A stretch of 64,000 nt of DNA, from positions 32,984,001 to 33,048,000 of the forward strand of contig OZ287750.1 of NCBI GenBank assembly GCA_965649765.1. The letters are read 5' to 3'. The position numbers and the translations under genes are program-made. The stretch is from Bispira polyomma. Lineage: Eukaryota. Shown here piece after piece: positions 12,346 to 24,924 of this stretch (positions are counted from its first letter, which is position 1; each line of letters begins with the position of its first letter). The notes below the pieces were generated by a model, which saw nothing but the letters and a program-made list of their open reading frames with translations, did not search any database and was not told the DNA's origin.

Positions 12346-15300
12346 TAACCCTGGCCCAATTCAGTTTGGATTTGGAAATGCCCGCTCGTTGCGGAATAAA
12401 GGCCCTGTCATAGCCGATTTGATCGACTCGTCTTCTATAGATATTTTTGGCATCACAGAAACACATATTAGGAGTTATGATACTCCATCTTTCCTCTGTG
12501 ACCTCACACCAGCTGACTTTCAGCTATTCCATAACCCTCGTGTAGGAAAACAGGGTGGGGGGTTGGGATTTTTTATCAAAAAGAACTATGAATGTCAGTT
12601 AGTTGCTGCACCTAGTTTTACATCTTTCGAACTCATCCTTGTCTCTGCTCACTGGAAGAACCATTGTTTAAATTTTGCAACAGTTTATCGACCTCCTGGT
12701 TCAAATCTCACCACATTTTTCGAAGAATTCATCTCTTTTGTCGGGTTCACTTGCTCGTTACCCTCTCCTACTATATTCTGTGGTGATTTCAATATCCACA
12801 TGGACACCGCATCTAGTAATAGTAATCGCTTCTCTACTGTTCTGGAATCTTGCAACCTTATCCAACACATAAACTTCCCTACCCATATTCATGGGCATAC
12901 ACTAGACTGCCTGCTAACTCCTACTGATTTCAATGGTATCAGAAATATAAAAAACATTGGTTGCATCAGCGATCATTTCTCAATATCCTGCAAACTTGAT
13001 GCTCCCTCCCCGCAATCTTTTGCTGTCACAGAAATCACTTTTCGTCAATTTCAAAAAATAAATATGTCAGACCTCAGACGAGAGTTGGCCGATACGGCCT
13101 TCGTCAAGTCTCCTGCTGATAATGCAACGGATCTATACACGCAGTACTGTGCCGACCTACAATCTCTCCTAGAACGCCATGCTCCGTGTAAGTCCAAAAC
13201 ACTGAAGAAGCCTGCACCTGAGTGGATCACTGGTAGGTACCGGGAGTTGAAGATGCTGCGTAGACAAGCTGAACGGACATGGCGCCGAAACAAAACTACC
13301 GCAAACAGGTCGCGACTACGCCAATGCATCAGCAGGTGCAATAACACCATCAATGATGCCAAACGTGTACACTACACCAACATGATCACAGAAAGCGAGG
13401 GTGACTCAAAGAAACTCTGGGAGAAATTAAACAGCACCCTACACCGGAAAAAACAGACTATACTACCCGACAACAGCAATAGTAAATCACTAGCAAACAT
13501 TTTTAGTACTTTTTTTACTGATAAAATTACCAGACTCCGTGATAGTTTTACATCAGCTGCCCCAAATGCTCCTTTACCATCAGCTCCACCAACCATCTTC
13601 AACCGTTTATCCACAGTAACTGTTGATGAGGTCAGGAAAATTATACTTACATCACCCGTAAAATCTTGCTTGTTAGATCCGAGGCCTACATTCCTTGTTA
13701 AGGAATGTATTGACATTTTATTGCCCTCAATCACCAAACTTGTTAACCTCTCATTGGTGAATGGCGTCTTTCCAAATGATTTTAAAAAAGCCATTGTCAC
13801 TCCTTTAATAAAAAAATCTTCTCTCCCAAAGGCTGACTTGAAAAACTACCGTCCTGTCTCAGGCCTTTGCTATATCTCTAAGTTGGTTGAACGCGTGGTC
13901 GCCTTACAGATCAAACAACATCTCGACGTTAGTAATCTATGCAATAAGTATCAGTCAGCGTACAGAAGTGGTCATTCTACAGAGACTGCACTACTCTGCA
14001 TCAAAAATGACGTTCATATATCTCTATCTAAAGGTATGCCTACTGCCTTAGTACTGCTGGATCTGTCGGCGGCATTTGATACTATTGATCACAAAGTTCT
14101 TCTTGAGTGCCTATCGTCTTGGTTTGGTATCAACGGTACTGCACTTAAATGGTTCACGGCGTATTTGTCTGATAGATTCCAATCGGTCAAAATTGGCACC
14201 ATCTTGTCCGACCCTACATGGTTAAAATTTGGGGTTCCCCAGGGCTCAGTCCTGGGTCCTATTTTGTTCTCAATGTATACCACCCCACTCAGCAAGATCA
14301 TTGCTGCATACAAAAACATAAACTTTCACTTCTATGCGGATGATACCCAATTGTACATCCACCTTACACCCGATTCTGCCCAGGCAGCTTTCACCTCTTT
14401 ACAGAACTGCCTTGTCGATGTACAACACTGGATGACAGCAAATAAACTCAAGCTGAACCCTGATAAGACCGAGTTTATTTTGTTTGGCTCCAAGTTGCAA
14501 CGGGAAAAACTGTCCAGCTGTTTCCCAGTTGATATTCTTGGCAGCAGGCTTTTCCCAGTTGACAAAGTACGCAACCTGGGCGTGTTGTTTGACTCTGAAT
14601 TCTCCTTCTCCAACCATGTTGCATCCGTGTGTAGATCATGTTTTGTTGGCCTCCGTGATTTCAGGCGAATTAGGCGTTATCTAACTAAATCCACTGCAAT
14701 CACTGTTGCCAACGCCTTGGTCAGCAGTAGGCTTGATTACTGCAACTCTCTGTTCCGTTCCCTATCTTGTAGTGACCTCAAACGTCTTCAGAACGTTCAA
14801 CACTCATTGGCTCGCATCGTGGCCAAAACTTCTAAATTTTCTCATGTTACTCCTGTACTTAAGTCACTCCACTGGCTCCCAATAAAATATCGTGTTGCTT
14901 TCAAAATTGCAACAATTATATACAAATTTCTAAATTCTGGATCACCCACCTATTTCGGCCCCCATCTATCCAAATATACATGCTCAGCCAGGACTAGGCG
15001 CAGTAACCCTGATAAATTATATCTTAACATTCCCACTTTCGACCCTCGCATCCACAAATCCAAAGTACATTTCAATCATTGCCTTGCTCATGATGGCCCC
15101 TTCATATGGAACAGCCTGCCTGATCATGTTCGCTTGGCTCAAACGTTCTCCTCTTTTAGGAGTAAACTGAAGGCCTACCTTTTCGAACAGGCCTTTCCAC
15201 CTTAGCCATCGCAACCATCCCGGTAGTCTCTCTGGTTATGACCACCATCCGTCCCCCATTTCTGATTTTTTTGATTAATGCTTAGGTTAGTTGCGCCTTA

Positions 15301-15357
15301 GAATTTGTTGTACAAAGATTAAGCGCTATAAAAGTACGATTAGATTAGATTAGATTA
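12346..15357 (+). mobile_element. Young 5'-truncated L2/CR1-group LINE with (GATTA)n tail and GATCTG target-site duplication
   Basis: Uninterrupted EN-RT ORF, ~130-bp 3' UTR ending aagcgctataaaagtac(gatta)n; GATCTG at 12340-12345 and 15358-15363. Confidence 0.95.
12347..15205 (+). CDS. LINE ORF2 protein: APE endonuclease + reverse transcriptase (intact frame, no own start codon upstream of EN)
   Basis: APE motifs NARSL, ITETH, YRPPG, GDFN, HTLD, SDH; RT motifs KNYRPVS, LDLSAAFDT, GVPQGSVLGP, YADD; L2-like C-terminus SRLDYCNS, LHWLP, LKAYLF. First six codons of the computed ORF (12329-12346) come essentially from flanking DNA. Confidence 0.95.
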   Translation, partial: NPGPIQFGFGNARSLRNKGPVIADLIDSSSIDIFGITETHIRSYDTPSFLCDLTPADFQLFHNPRVGKQGGGLGFFIKKNYECQLVAAPSFTSFELILVSAHWKNHCLNFATVYRPPGSNLTTFFEEFISFVGFTCSLPSPTIFCGDFNIHMDTASSNSNRFSTVLESCNLIQHINFPTHIHGHTLDCLLTPTDFNGIRNIKNIGCISDHFSISCKLDAPSPQSFAVTEITFRQFQKINMSDLRRELADTAFVKSPADNATDLYTQYCADLQSLLERHAPCKSKTLKKPAPEWITGRYRELKMLRRQAERTWRRNKTTANRSRLRQCISRCNNTINDAKRVHYTNMITESEGDSKKLWEKLNSTLHRKKQTILPDNSNSKSLANIFSTFFTDKITRLRDSFTSAAPNAPLPSAPPTIFNRLSTVTVDEVRKIILTSPVKSCLLDPRPTFLVKECIDILLPSITKLVNLSLVNGVFPNDFKKAIVTPLIKKSSLPKADLKNYRPVSGLCYISKLVERVVALQIKQHLDVSNLCNKYQSAYRSGHSTETALLCIKNDVHISLSKGMPTALVLLDLSAAFDTIDHKVLLECLSSWFGINGTALKWFTAYLSDRFQSVKIGTILSDPTWLKFGVPQGSVLGPILFSMYTTPLSKIIAAYKNINFHFYADDTQLYIHLTPDSAQAAFTSLQNCLVDVQHWMTANKLKLNPDKTEFILFGSKLQREKLSSCFPVDILGSRLFPVDKVRNLGVLFDSEFSFSNHVASVCRSCFVGLRDFRRIRRYLTKSTAITVANALVSSRLDYCNSLFRSLSCSDLKRLQNVQHSLARIVAKTSKFSHVTPVLKSLHWLPIKYRVAFKIATIIYKFLNSGSPTYFGPHLSKYTCSARTRRSNPDKLYLNIPTFDPRIHKSKVHFNHCLAHDGPFIWNSLPDHVRLAQTFSSFRSKLKAYLFEQAFPP

Positions 15358-15482
15358 GATCTGAGGTCATCTGGGAGACTGTTCCATAACAAGTGAGATG
15401 CAATGGAGAAAGCTCTGGATCCCACTTTTTTGGTGGGTCTAACCTAAGAAACAGAGGGTCTGTTGCCTCTCTTCAAGTTACT
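15358..15482 (-). mobile_element. Continuation of the old L2-type copy split by the young LINE
   Basis: gatctgaggtcatctgggagactgttccataac...ctgttgcctctctt..gttact matches ~45243-45366. Confidence 0.85.
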
Positions 15483-16104
15483 GAAACAGAGAAGGTTATA
15501 CTGAAAGAGAGAAGCGTCAATTTAAGCTATATTGTGTTTGTAAATGCGTAAAATTGACTGCTATGGAAAAAATTTATGTACAAAATATAATAGATTAAAC
15601 GTTAAACATTGCATGGTTTGTAAAGATAGATTATTAGAGATCGATATTGTAATCAATCTAGCATTTTTAAATATTTGACAAAAATTGAATAAAGATTTCA
15701 AGAAGTAAGCACTGATATATGTTTCAAGCAAGAAAATAATCTTTATTTTGAAATTTTCATTTAGAATTTAGTTTAGCTAATTTAGAAGGTGAACATAAAT
15801 AAAGAAAATTAATTCACAGTAAAAATTGTTAATTTGTATTTTTCTTCTAAATAAACCTTGGTCAAGAGTGAAAATAAACTGTAAATTCTTGAAAAATTGA
15901 AAAAGAAAATTAATTCACAGTAAAAATTGTTAATTTTTATTCTTTTAATTAAACCTTGTAAATTAGTGCAATTTTCTTTTAGCTAAAATTTGCACTTATC
16001 TAATATTTTTTTCTCACTTTTACAAATGTGTTGTGCTCCATTTTATCATCAGATGTTATATTACTAGAATATTTTATTTTGATCATTTTCATATATAATC
16101 CACC

Positions 16105-18790
16105 ATACATAGAATAAAGAAGGTTTCTGTAAGGTTGTTCTCTAACTATTTCACATCTTTTTTAAAATTTTATGAGAGGGAGTAAAACAAAATCACAGAA
16201 ATGAAAAGAACACTCAATAAAACTAACTTAAATGTTTGTTCACTCCAAAAATGGTCTTCTAAATTTAGAACAAAACACAAACGTTTTTAAGACTGTCATT
16301 GATATTTTGCCATTGTATTTTGCATAGATTGGTGTTGAAAAAAGGTTTTTTCTTCTTTTTGCAGTTTTTTTTTCAAAAAAAAAAAAAAAAAAAAAAATAA
16401 TAATAGGTCCTACCTTTTATTTGATAATGTGTTCCAAACTTACATATGAAATCAAGATGGCACAATAACGATTGATGTACTGGTTTGAAGAAAAACATGC
16501 AGGGTGAAACAATTATCCTATTTTTAAAATCGTGACTCCAAGAAAATAGAAAACTGTAATTGACCCAGATTGGTTACATTTCATTGGGTCCTAAAAACTG
16601 AACTGACCTCTTAAAAAATGTACCACATCTGTGACAATTAACCAAGAATATATCTTTCTTTATTCTTTGAGTTTCTACCCAGTGACGTCAGTCGTAGATT
16701 ATTTACAGTAAACACAGGATGGAGAATACTGTATTTATAATTAATAAATTCCTTTGTGTACTTATCATGACACTAAACCAAAAACTTAAAAGTTAGAAGT
16801 ACCCCGGTTGGCTCACTTTGTAAAAGATGTCATATTCCTTCTTTGTAAACTACACTTGGTTGCACATGTTCTACTAAAACTAAACTAACAAAAGTACATG
16901 CACTTAAAAAACAAAACAAAACTGAAACATTTGTGAAAATAAAAATGACTTACTTGTGGCTTGATTTTAAATGTATTTTACAGGCATCGTCGCGTTGACA
17001 TAGTTTTGAGGGCAAACAATACAGAGAATAAAATGGGTTTCTGTAAGGTTGTTCTCTAACTATTTCACATATATATTAAAATTTTATGAAAGGGAGTAAA
17101 AAAAAAATCACAGAAACGAAAAAAGACTCAATAAAACAAAATTAAATGTTTGTTCACTCCAAAAATGATCTTCTAAATTTGGAACAAAGATATTTTGTCA
17201 TTTTATTTTGCATAGATTGGTGTTGAAAAATAGTCTTTTTCTTCTTTTTGCTGTTTAAAAAAAAAAAAAAAAAAATAAAATCATGTTTAATAAATGAGGA
17301 ATTAAGGCAGTGATTTGGAGAAGCTCAACTGCAGCTGTTCAATGAAGTGGTGTTTAGAAGATTTCTAACCCTGCTGGCTGTCTCAAGGGAGCAGGAATGG
17401 GGTTTTTGTTCCGAGCCTATAATCTAGATAATCTAATTTGATTGCTTCTTCCTCTCACTGGGAAATGACAGAGTCATTTTTTAATGTAAACTTGGGCACT
17501 ATTTTTATTTAAAAGCCACCAAAATTTCTATATCACTGTACCATTATATTTGGAAATTAGACCATATATATATGGATATATATGCTAGTAATTAGATAAT
17601 TTATTCAAATGTTTTAATACAAAGTTTTGTGACTCTATTCTCTTTTCAAGAGATCATCAGTAGGTTTAAAGGAAATGTACAGAATTTTTGTCAAATGTTA
17701 ATTAATAAGGGGCTGTAAAATTTAGATTTCTAGTGTATCATTGTACTGGACTGATGCACATTATTATAGGTTTAGTCTTAGTTATGTTTTTGTCTTTTCT
17801 TCTTAAATATTACAGCAATTTTATACCATTTAAGAGTCACAAGTTAAAATAATAATAAAATTAAAGCCATCTTAAATTTTTAACAGTTTACCGCTATAAA
17901 ACCTTAAGGCGAGGTTAAGGTCATCTCCCTATATATGTAATATAATTATATTTTAACTTAACATATTGCTACTTCATGTGTAAGATAGTCGTTAATTAAA
18001 ATCTTATAACCTTAAGCTCAAACATAGGGTTACCTTAATATGTAATAATGTGTCATAACTGTAAATTGGACATACATGTAAGGTGGTCTTATATCCTAAT
18101 ATTATACATAATTGTAGCTTTGAACATACAGATAACAAATCATTATTCCAACACCGGCCTTTCACTCCTAAGGTTCAACTTGAGGAACTATGGATCATAT
18201 GAGTGGCACTGCACAAGATCATGTACAGGGATTGGACAATTTTCACCTTAATAGAAGAAAGTTGTTAAAGGTTAAAGGGAGTTTTTCAGGCAGATTTATT
18301 TGTACTCCAAGTATATATATTTCTGTACCTGTGATACCTTAAGATTGTGTATTTATCAATAATATCAAACAGAAACTAAGCAGAAAAATAAATGATATAT
18401 ATGGTGCAAAATAGATCTTACCTTCTATTTGATAATGTGTTTCAAAGTCATATATTAAATCAAGATGGCACAATAACGATTGGTGTAGTGGTTTAAAGAA
18501 AAACACGCAGGGTCAAAAAATTATTCTAATTCAAAAATCGTGACTCAAAGAAAATAGAAAAAAATGTAATTGACCCAGATTGGTTACATTTCATTGGACC
18601 TAAAAAACTGAACTGACCTCGAAAAAAATGTACCACATCTATAACAATTAGCCACTGACACCTCTTTCTTTATTCTTTGAATATCTCTCAGTGACGTCAG
18701 TCGTAGATTTGTTTACAAAGTTAACACAGGACGAAAACACTGTATTAATATATTACTTAGTTTACTTATCCTGATACTAAACAAAAAACT
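16105..18790. repeat. Local direct duplication: 16105-16790 repeated as 17019-17270 + 18416-18790
   Basis: Shared ggtttctgtaaggttgttctctaactatttcacat and aatcaagatggcacaataacgatt...cagtgacgtcagtcgtagatt blocks; second copy interrupted by ~1.1 kb. Confidence 0.85.
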
Positions 18791-21263
18791 TTGTGAATGA
18801 CTAATGACTCGGATGACCACCTAAAACTACTGACCTCTGTCATGTAGGTCCTCTCCACTGTGGCAGGCTAAAGAACCATGGGGACACAAATACATGGTCA
18901 CTCTCAAGCCTGTTTTTTTGGTGAGCAGAGTGATATAGAGAGTATTCTGTGACAGTACATTTTTAGAAGAGCTTGTTCTACTGTACTTGAGTAAACCATT
19001 TATGTAGTAGTATTCGTCGACCTGTTACAAGTATATGTGACAGCACATTGATAAAAAACATGAGGTTCTATTGTGTTTGAGTAAATCATTCGTATAGTGG
19101 TATTGGGACGACCAGGTACATATACAAGTATATCAATAGTGGCTTCTCTATTTGGACCATATCCACAGTGGCAGGCTAAAAAACCTTGCAGACGTTGGTA
19201 ACTGGTGTCAGGACAAGACTCTATGTTCTATTAGGAAACTGGTGCTGGTTGCTTATACTTGTTTAGCCAACAAAAGCACCATATATACCAGATAAGGAAC
19301 TAATAATAAAGGTAAGTATAATGACGGAATGTCTGAATAAGATACTATAGCATCATTTTCGGAACATCTATAAAACTGATACAACTTAGTGTACTACAAG
19401 GTATCTGGTTGAAGTTCTATTTAACACAAGATACCTTTCAATGGAGATGGCATCTGCAGAATGATGTCTTTGGCTACATCAACAACCATAATATCCTAAT
19501 AGGTTTACATTAACACCTAGCATGTTAATTTGAATTTTATGTGTGCTTTTTAAATAATCATCCACTACAAATAGCATTCTATAGTTATCCATATGATGAA
19601 AAACAAGTCAATTTGTATTATTGCGTTCATGTATTATAATAAATCACCTGTACAGAAAAACATGTTTACTATATGCAGTCAGTATTTACTCCATCACTAT
19701 TGTGATCAAAATGTCCCTCCAAAATAGGTTGTTAATTAGTCACATTTATACAAAACAGTTCATTTATAGCTCCTTATGGACCAACTTTTGCTTTCAAACA
19801 ATGCTGACATCATAAGTAAAGTCAAGATAATGTCCTGTAGGCGTGTTCTAATTTAGTCTACTTTTTTAATGTAAAAATATGTTAAGTAATTACTTTGTCA
19901 AATTATTTCAAGTCGAAAAAATATAATTTATTATTTCCGTTAACTTAGTGACTTGCATATTTAGTTACCGGGTTACTGATTAAATGTAAATAAATCCCAC
20001 ACAAAGAAGACTTGGTTATGACCACAAACTACATTTATGAGTCACCAGAGGTGGCTATTTGCAAATAATACTATTCCACCAGGTAACATCAATACAGCCA
20101 GAACCGCTAGGTGAAGGACCAGTAATGGGTTAAATACGAAGCATAGCTGACGCAAACAAAATTAGTTAGCATGGATTATTAGCTGGTGGCACTTGACCAA
20201 CACAGCCTGGGGACATGTTTCTTTCTGGTTAAGAAAGGCCCCTCAGGGGTGTAGTGGTAACATACTCTCCTCCTACCTCTGCAGTCGTGTGTGGCATCCA
20301 TAAATGTAACAAATATCTCTCAGTAGTTATAGCCACATATGTAACAATATCTAATCACACACACATGTGTAACTATCACCACAAATGAAACAATGTCTAA
20401 CAACAAATATAATAATCTCAAACAAATTTATAACCACATATGTAACAAACTGAGAAACCACAAATGTAATAACCACAAACGTAATATCACAAATGCAGAA
20501 AAAAAAAACGCAAATGTAACAAATAGATTGACCAAGACTAAAATGGTTGTTTGGCTTTGGAAAATTATAAAATGCATATTAATTTCTCAATTGATCATGA
20601 TCACAAACTTCTTTTAATTTTGTAACAACATCTTTGGAAAGAAAATAAATATAATTTTTTTGCCTATTTTTTCAAATTTTAAATTGCATGAATTACAGTT
20701 ATCCATACGTAATATTTGAAATGACCATGTAATACTATGAAAAATATATATACACATATTTTTAAATATTTACATAATACATAATTTGGTTTTCTTGGTT
20801 TTTACGATTTCTTGGTTTTTACCTTTATTTTTTACAATCTGAATAATTTCAAACCTCAACTTAAGGTCACCTCAATTTCTCACTTTTACTGATCTTAAGG
20901 TCATTTGGGGTGACCTTAAATTTAGCTTAAGTTGACCTTACACCTTCAGCTAAGGTGACCTTATGCCCACATTAAACTTAACTGTATATATATAAAGAAT
21001 AGATGCTAATGTATAATAAATAAAATTTTAATTTATTTCCTGATTATACTAAATTTTGATAATATATGATTCCCTCCTGTCCCGCAGTTCCACTATAATT
21101 TAGGATTTGGCTTCCTTCTCCCAACTAAACTAAAGCTAGAGTGAGTTCCAGGAGCTCCGTCCCTGGAATTGTGTGGAACACCCTTTCACTCATAGGTTAA
21201 CAAGAATAGCATTTGTCTATTATAGCCTTTGTCTTTTATGGTTATTTTAATTATCATCTATAG

Positions 21264-23681
21264 TGGTGGTTCCACATTCAAGTTCGATCAGCAAAATGGG
21301 CCCGACTATGAGCTCGGGATGCTTGGGGCCAAAAAATCAATAAAATTAATTTTTGAGGCGGGTAAACAAAAATGTGGGGCGACCTTCCCCTCCGAACTGA
21401 TTCAGTGATCTCGATGTAACTCAAAAGTGGTGTGTAACATTTATTTTTGAGGGGACGGTGTAATCTGTTTGTTTGGGCTAATATTTTGGGTTTTATATTT
21501 TGGTTTTTGAACTTAGGGCCAATGATACTTTTAATTCTGTCTGTATGTGTGAACTGTTTTTGAAGTTATGGTGTGATATTTTTGTTTCGAATTTTCAACA
21601 AAATAGCTCAACATATTGTTTTTTGAAAATTCGGGTGGCCCTGTAAAGGGATAGAGATTCTGACGAGTGGTGGTCTAAACAGGACTGACAGAAAATTGCT
21701 GACTGGCTACTGCGGAGGTGGTGTTGGCTGTGAAGGTGGAGTTGGCTGTGCCTGTAAAACAGGCGGGACATTGGATTGTTGCTGGTTGAGTAATCCAAGT
21801 TGCTGTTGCTGCTGGTTACTCAGTTGTTGGACATTCACTGTAATCAACTGTAATGGTTCTACTGTTCCAAGCTGCATATCTGACACTGGTGTTGAAAGAA
21901 ATGCTGGAATGTTGGGACTACTGATCTGTTTGTATCCATAATCTGCAGGTATTTCCTGGTTGTACTTTCTCAGAAATGATGAAATGGACGAAGTGTTGTA
22001 GGCCGATTTGTCAAACATAATGGAGGCGTTTGACGGCGGGTTTGAGAACTGTTTACTGGACGAAGGGCTAGCAAGCTTCACCTTCATAGGAGCTCCCATT
22101 ACTTCATCCAAAACATAATATGATAGTGGCTTCTGACTCTGCAATACCTGTTGAGGAGCAGCCTGAGACGTGGCAGCTGTATCTAACACGAGAACTGAAT
22201 GTTGTGGAGGCTGCTGAGGCTGCTGTGGAGATACCTGATGAAGTATCTGCTGGGGAATGTAGCTTGAACTGGGCACTCTCGACTGTGTAAAACTGGGAAC
22301 TGTTCTCACAAAAGCACTGCTACGGGGCCAACTTCTCTCATGCTGAATTTTGCTGAGGGTTGAAAATGTCTCATTGTGAAAGTTCTAAAAGTCATCCCTA
22401 TCCAGCTTCTCAGCCTCTGCTGCCAGGTACTAGAAAAAAACAGCGTGGTTCGACTGGTGTTTCTCTGGCTTTCTCCCACAAACCTTGTCATTAGGTTCAT
22501 CATGTGTCCTTAGTGCTCTATGAGTTGATTGCTAATATCTGCACTCTGACGGGGTGGAGAACTCATAATAGTCCCTGTGGTACTGTCTCTGCCGATACTG
22601 GAGCATCTTGACAAATCATGACGTTTTGAGGGCGCGACTGGTGGCAAAATCTTCCCAGAGTCTCTCCTTGACAGATCTGTCTTTGAACTGTTCGTGCTTC
22701 TTGTTGTACAGCATCTTGTTATCTCTGACGACGAAATCCACTACAGCCTCCTCATCTGCCTCTGTCAGTATGACATGGACCATCTTCATGCGACCTTTGT
22801 ACTGGGACATTTCCATCAATTCCTGGGATGATTCCAACGATCCCTTTCTGTCGCTCTTGTCACTAGGGGCAGCACTAGTCCTTTGGTCTTTCTTCTTTCT
22901 CTGGGCCTCTACTTCATCTGACGAAATTCGAACTTAAAATTCATTCTCTGTCTCACCCTTTTCACATCCATCTTCATCTTCCTTCCTCTAGGCTTCTTTA
23001 TTATTGTTGTGTTGAAAAAAACCTAAACTTTAAAACGTTTCCTAACTTAGTCCATACAATAATTAAAAACAATAAAAATCCTCAAAACTACAAAAAACAC
23101 AAGTATTGCGGGGATGTTTTTATACCCAAACGCCCTGGCAAACAAAGATCAATCCTGTTGGTCGGGAGTGAATATGTTAGATCATATTGGGTGTTTTGAT
23201 CGTATACTGCCCCATTCGATCTTTTAGCTCCCCCGGCAGATCTGATAGCCAATACATTCTGTCCTACTCTGGCCAGTTCGATCGGGGTAAAAAACATGTA
23301 TCAAATCCAAGTTCTGACGGGGTGACAGTAAGGTCAGGGTGTAATACGTCAGATCAGGATATGACTCAGTTCGATCTTGTTACTGGCCCATTCTGTCTGA
23401 TAAAAAATGGGGCGAATCCAACTAGGATAGAATGGGCCAGTGTTAGGACAGGTCTGCAGTGCAATAAGACCTATCTGACAAAGCGTATTGACAATATGAT
23501 CAAACGTATTCATCAATACAATTTTGAGGTCTGGGGTACTTTTAGAAAATATTCATCATATCCTTGAATATGCTTATCGACCTTCCCGACCACCCCGATT
23601 TCGCCTCTGGACCTATAGGGACACACTCCGGCCCTCAAAATTGGAAAGGTCAGGGACCAAATCGGCAATGTGGAACCACCA
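21264..23681 (-). mobile_element. PIF/Harbinger-like non-autonomous DNA transposon carrying a decayed MADF gene
   Basis: Perfect 15-bp TIR TGGTGGTTCCACATT (21264-21278) / AATGTGGAACCACCA (23667-23681); GC-richer interior; MADF-like ORF inside; no transposase seen; TSD ambiguous. Confidence 0.75.
21707..22837 (-). pseudogene. Disrupted MADF/Myb-SANT-like DNA-binding protein with Gln/Pro-rich C-terminus
   Basis: EEAVVDFVVRDNKMLYNKKHEQFKDRSVKERLWEDFA resembles MADF helices 1-2, then a stop; Q/P/S-rich 200-aa ORF downstream (21707-22309). Confidence 0.65.
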
Positions 23682-24681
23682 TTATGGTAAACTTTGTTCT
23701 GTAAAATATGCCAAAATATATGGTGCTTTAAATACCAGATAAAGGAACTAATAGAGGTAAGTATAAGGACGGAATGTCTGAATAGGTTACCATAGGATCT
23801 TTTTCAGAAGGTCTATAAAACTGATACAACATTAGTGTACTACAAGGTATCTGGTTAAAGTTTTATTTATAAGTACCAAGTGAGAGGAGGTCAATTAGAT
23901 ACCAAGTTTTAAGACACCCACACATCGTCACCTGATATGTTAACATTGCTAAAAGTAAGATGACCACCAATTTCCATCAGGAATAGCTTAATTAGTCACA
24001 TTTATACAAACCAGTCCATTTATAGCTCCTTTTGGACCAGTGTTTTCTTTCAAATCACAAACAATGCTGACATCAGAAGTACAGTAAAAAAAACAAATTC
24101 TCAAAATAACGTCCTTTCGGCGTGTCCTAATTTATTCTACTTTTTAATGTAAACATATGTTGAGTAATTACTTTGTAAAATTATTATTAGTAACCTCCAT
24201 GTTTAGTCACTAGGTTACTGATTAAATGTAAATAAATTCCACAGACTTGAATATGATTTTTCAATTGATCAAAAATATCTGGCCTGTGAAGATATTTAGG
24301 ATGACAAAAGATTTATTGGCTAATAATGTTGTGTACTGTTGCAACATTGATGCATGTCATTTTAACGATACCTGTTCTGCCTGTTGTAGAAAACCTAAGA
24401 CATCCCTATCAATTTTGGGGATTTACTTACAGCCCTACAAATGAACAACCTACATTAATGAGTCAACAGAAGTAGCTATTTGATGAAAGTCTACTACTCG
24501 ACCAGATAATATCAATACAGCCATAACCCCTAGGTTAAGAACAAGTATATAAAAGCAGATGCATAACTGAAGCAAACAAGAAGTAGTTAGCACGGATTAT
24601 TAGCAGGTGACACTTGACCAACACAGCCTGGGGACATGCAGTAGGTAAGTAAGTAGGCTGCTTCTTTCTGGTTAAGAGAAA

Positions 24682-24872
24682 CCTCAGGGGTATAGTGGTA
24701 ACATACTCTCCTCCTACCTCTGCAGTCGTGGGTTTGAATCTTACCCCAGACACGCGTCTGGGATATTTGGCAGTAGACTTGCTTGAGGCTTGTACTTTGA
24801 AAAGCAAAAACCATGAACAACTACCATTATTTGATTTCCTCCAGCAGTGAAAGACAATGTTAATCCAAATAA
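24682..24872 (+). mobile_element. Degenerate tRNA-derived SINE
   Basis: A-box-like ggggtatagtggtaa, B-box-like gggtttgaatc, internal tttcctcc, tail tgttaatccaaataa; partial duplicate at ~20240-20290. Confidence 0.55.
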
Positions 24873-24924
24873 GACCCTACCCCATAAACTTGTTGTCTTC
24901 CTTTGAGACAGATCATATCTCTAT

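Larger units (their letters stand above)
19286..24730. repeat. Local direct duplication: ~19286-20290 repeated at ~23734-24730
   Basis: Shared accagata.aggaactaata, gacggaatgtctgaata, attagtcacatttatacaaa and cacttgaccaacacagcctggggacatg blocks. Confidence 0.85.

Noticed and set aside
13051-15214. Antisense ORFs within the young LINE
   Set aside because: Shadow ORFs of the long sense frame with no recognisable motifs.
20290-20617. 74-aa Asn/Lys-rich ORF
   Set aside because: Translation of a low-complexity cacaaatgtaac repeat, likely a transposon remnant.
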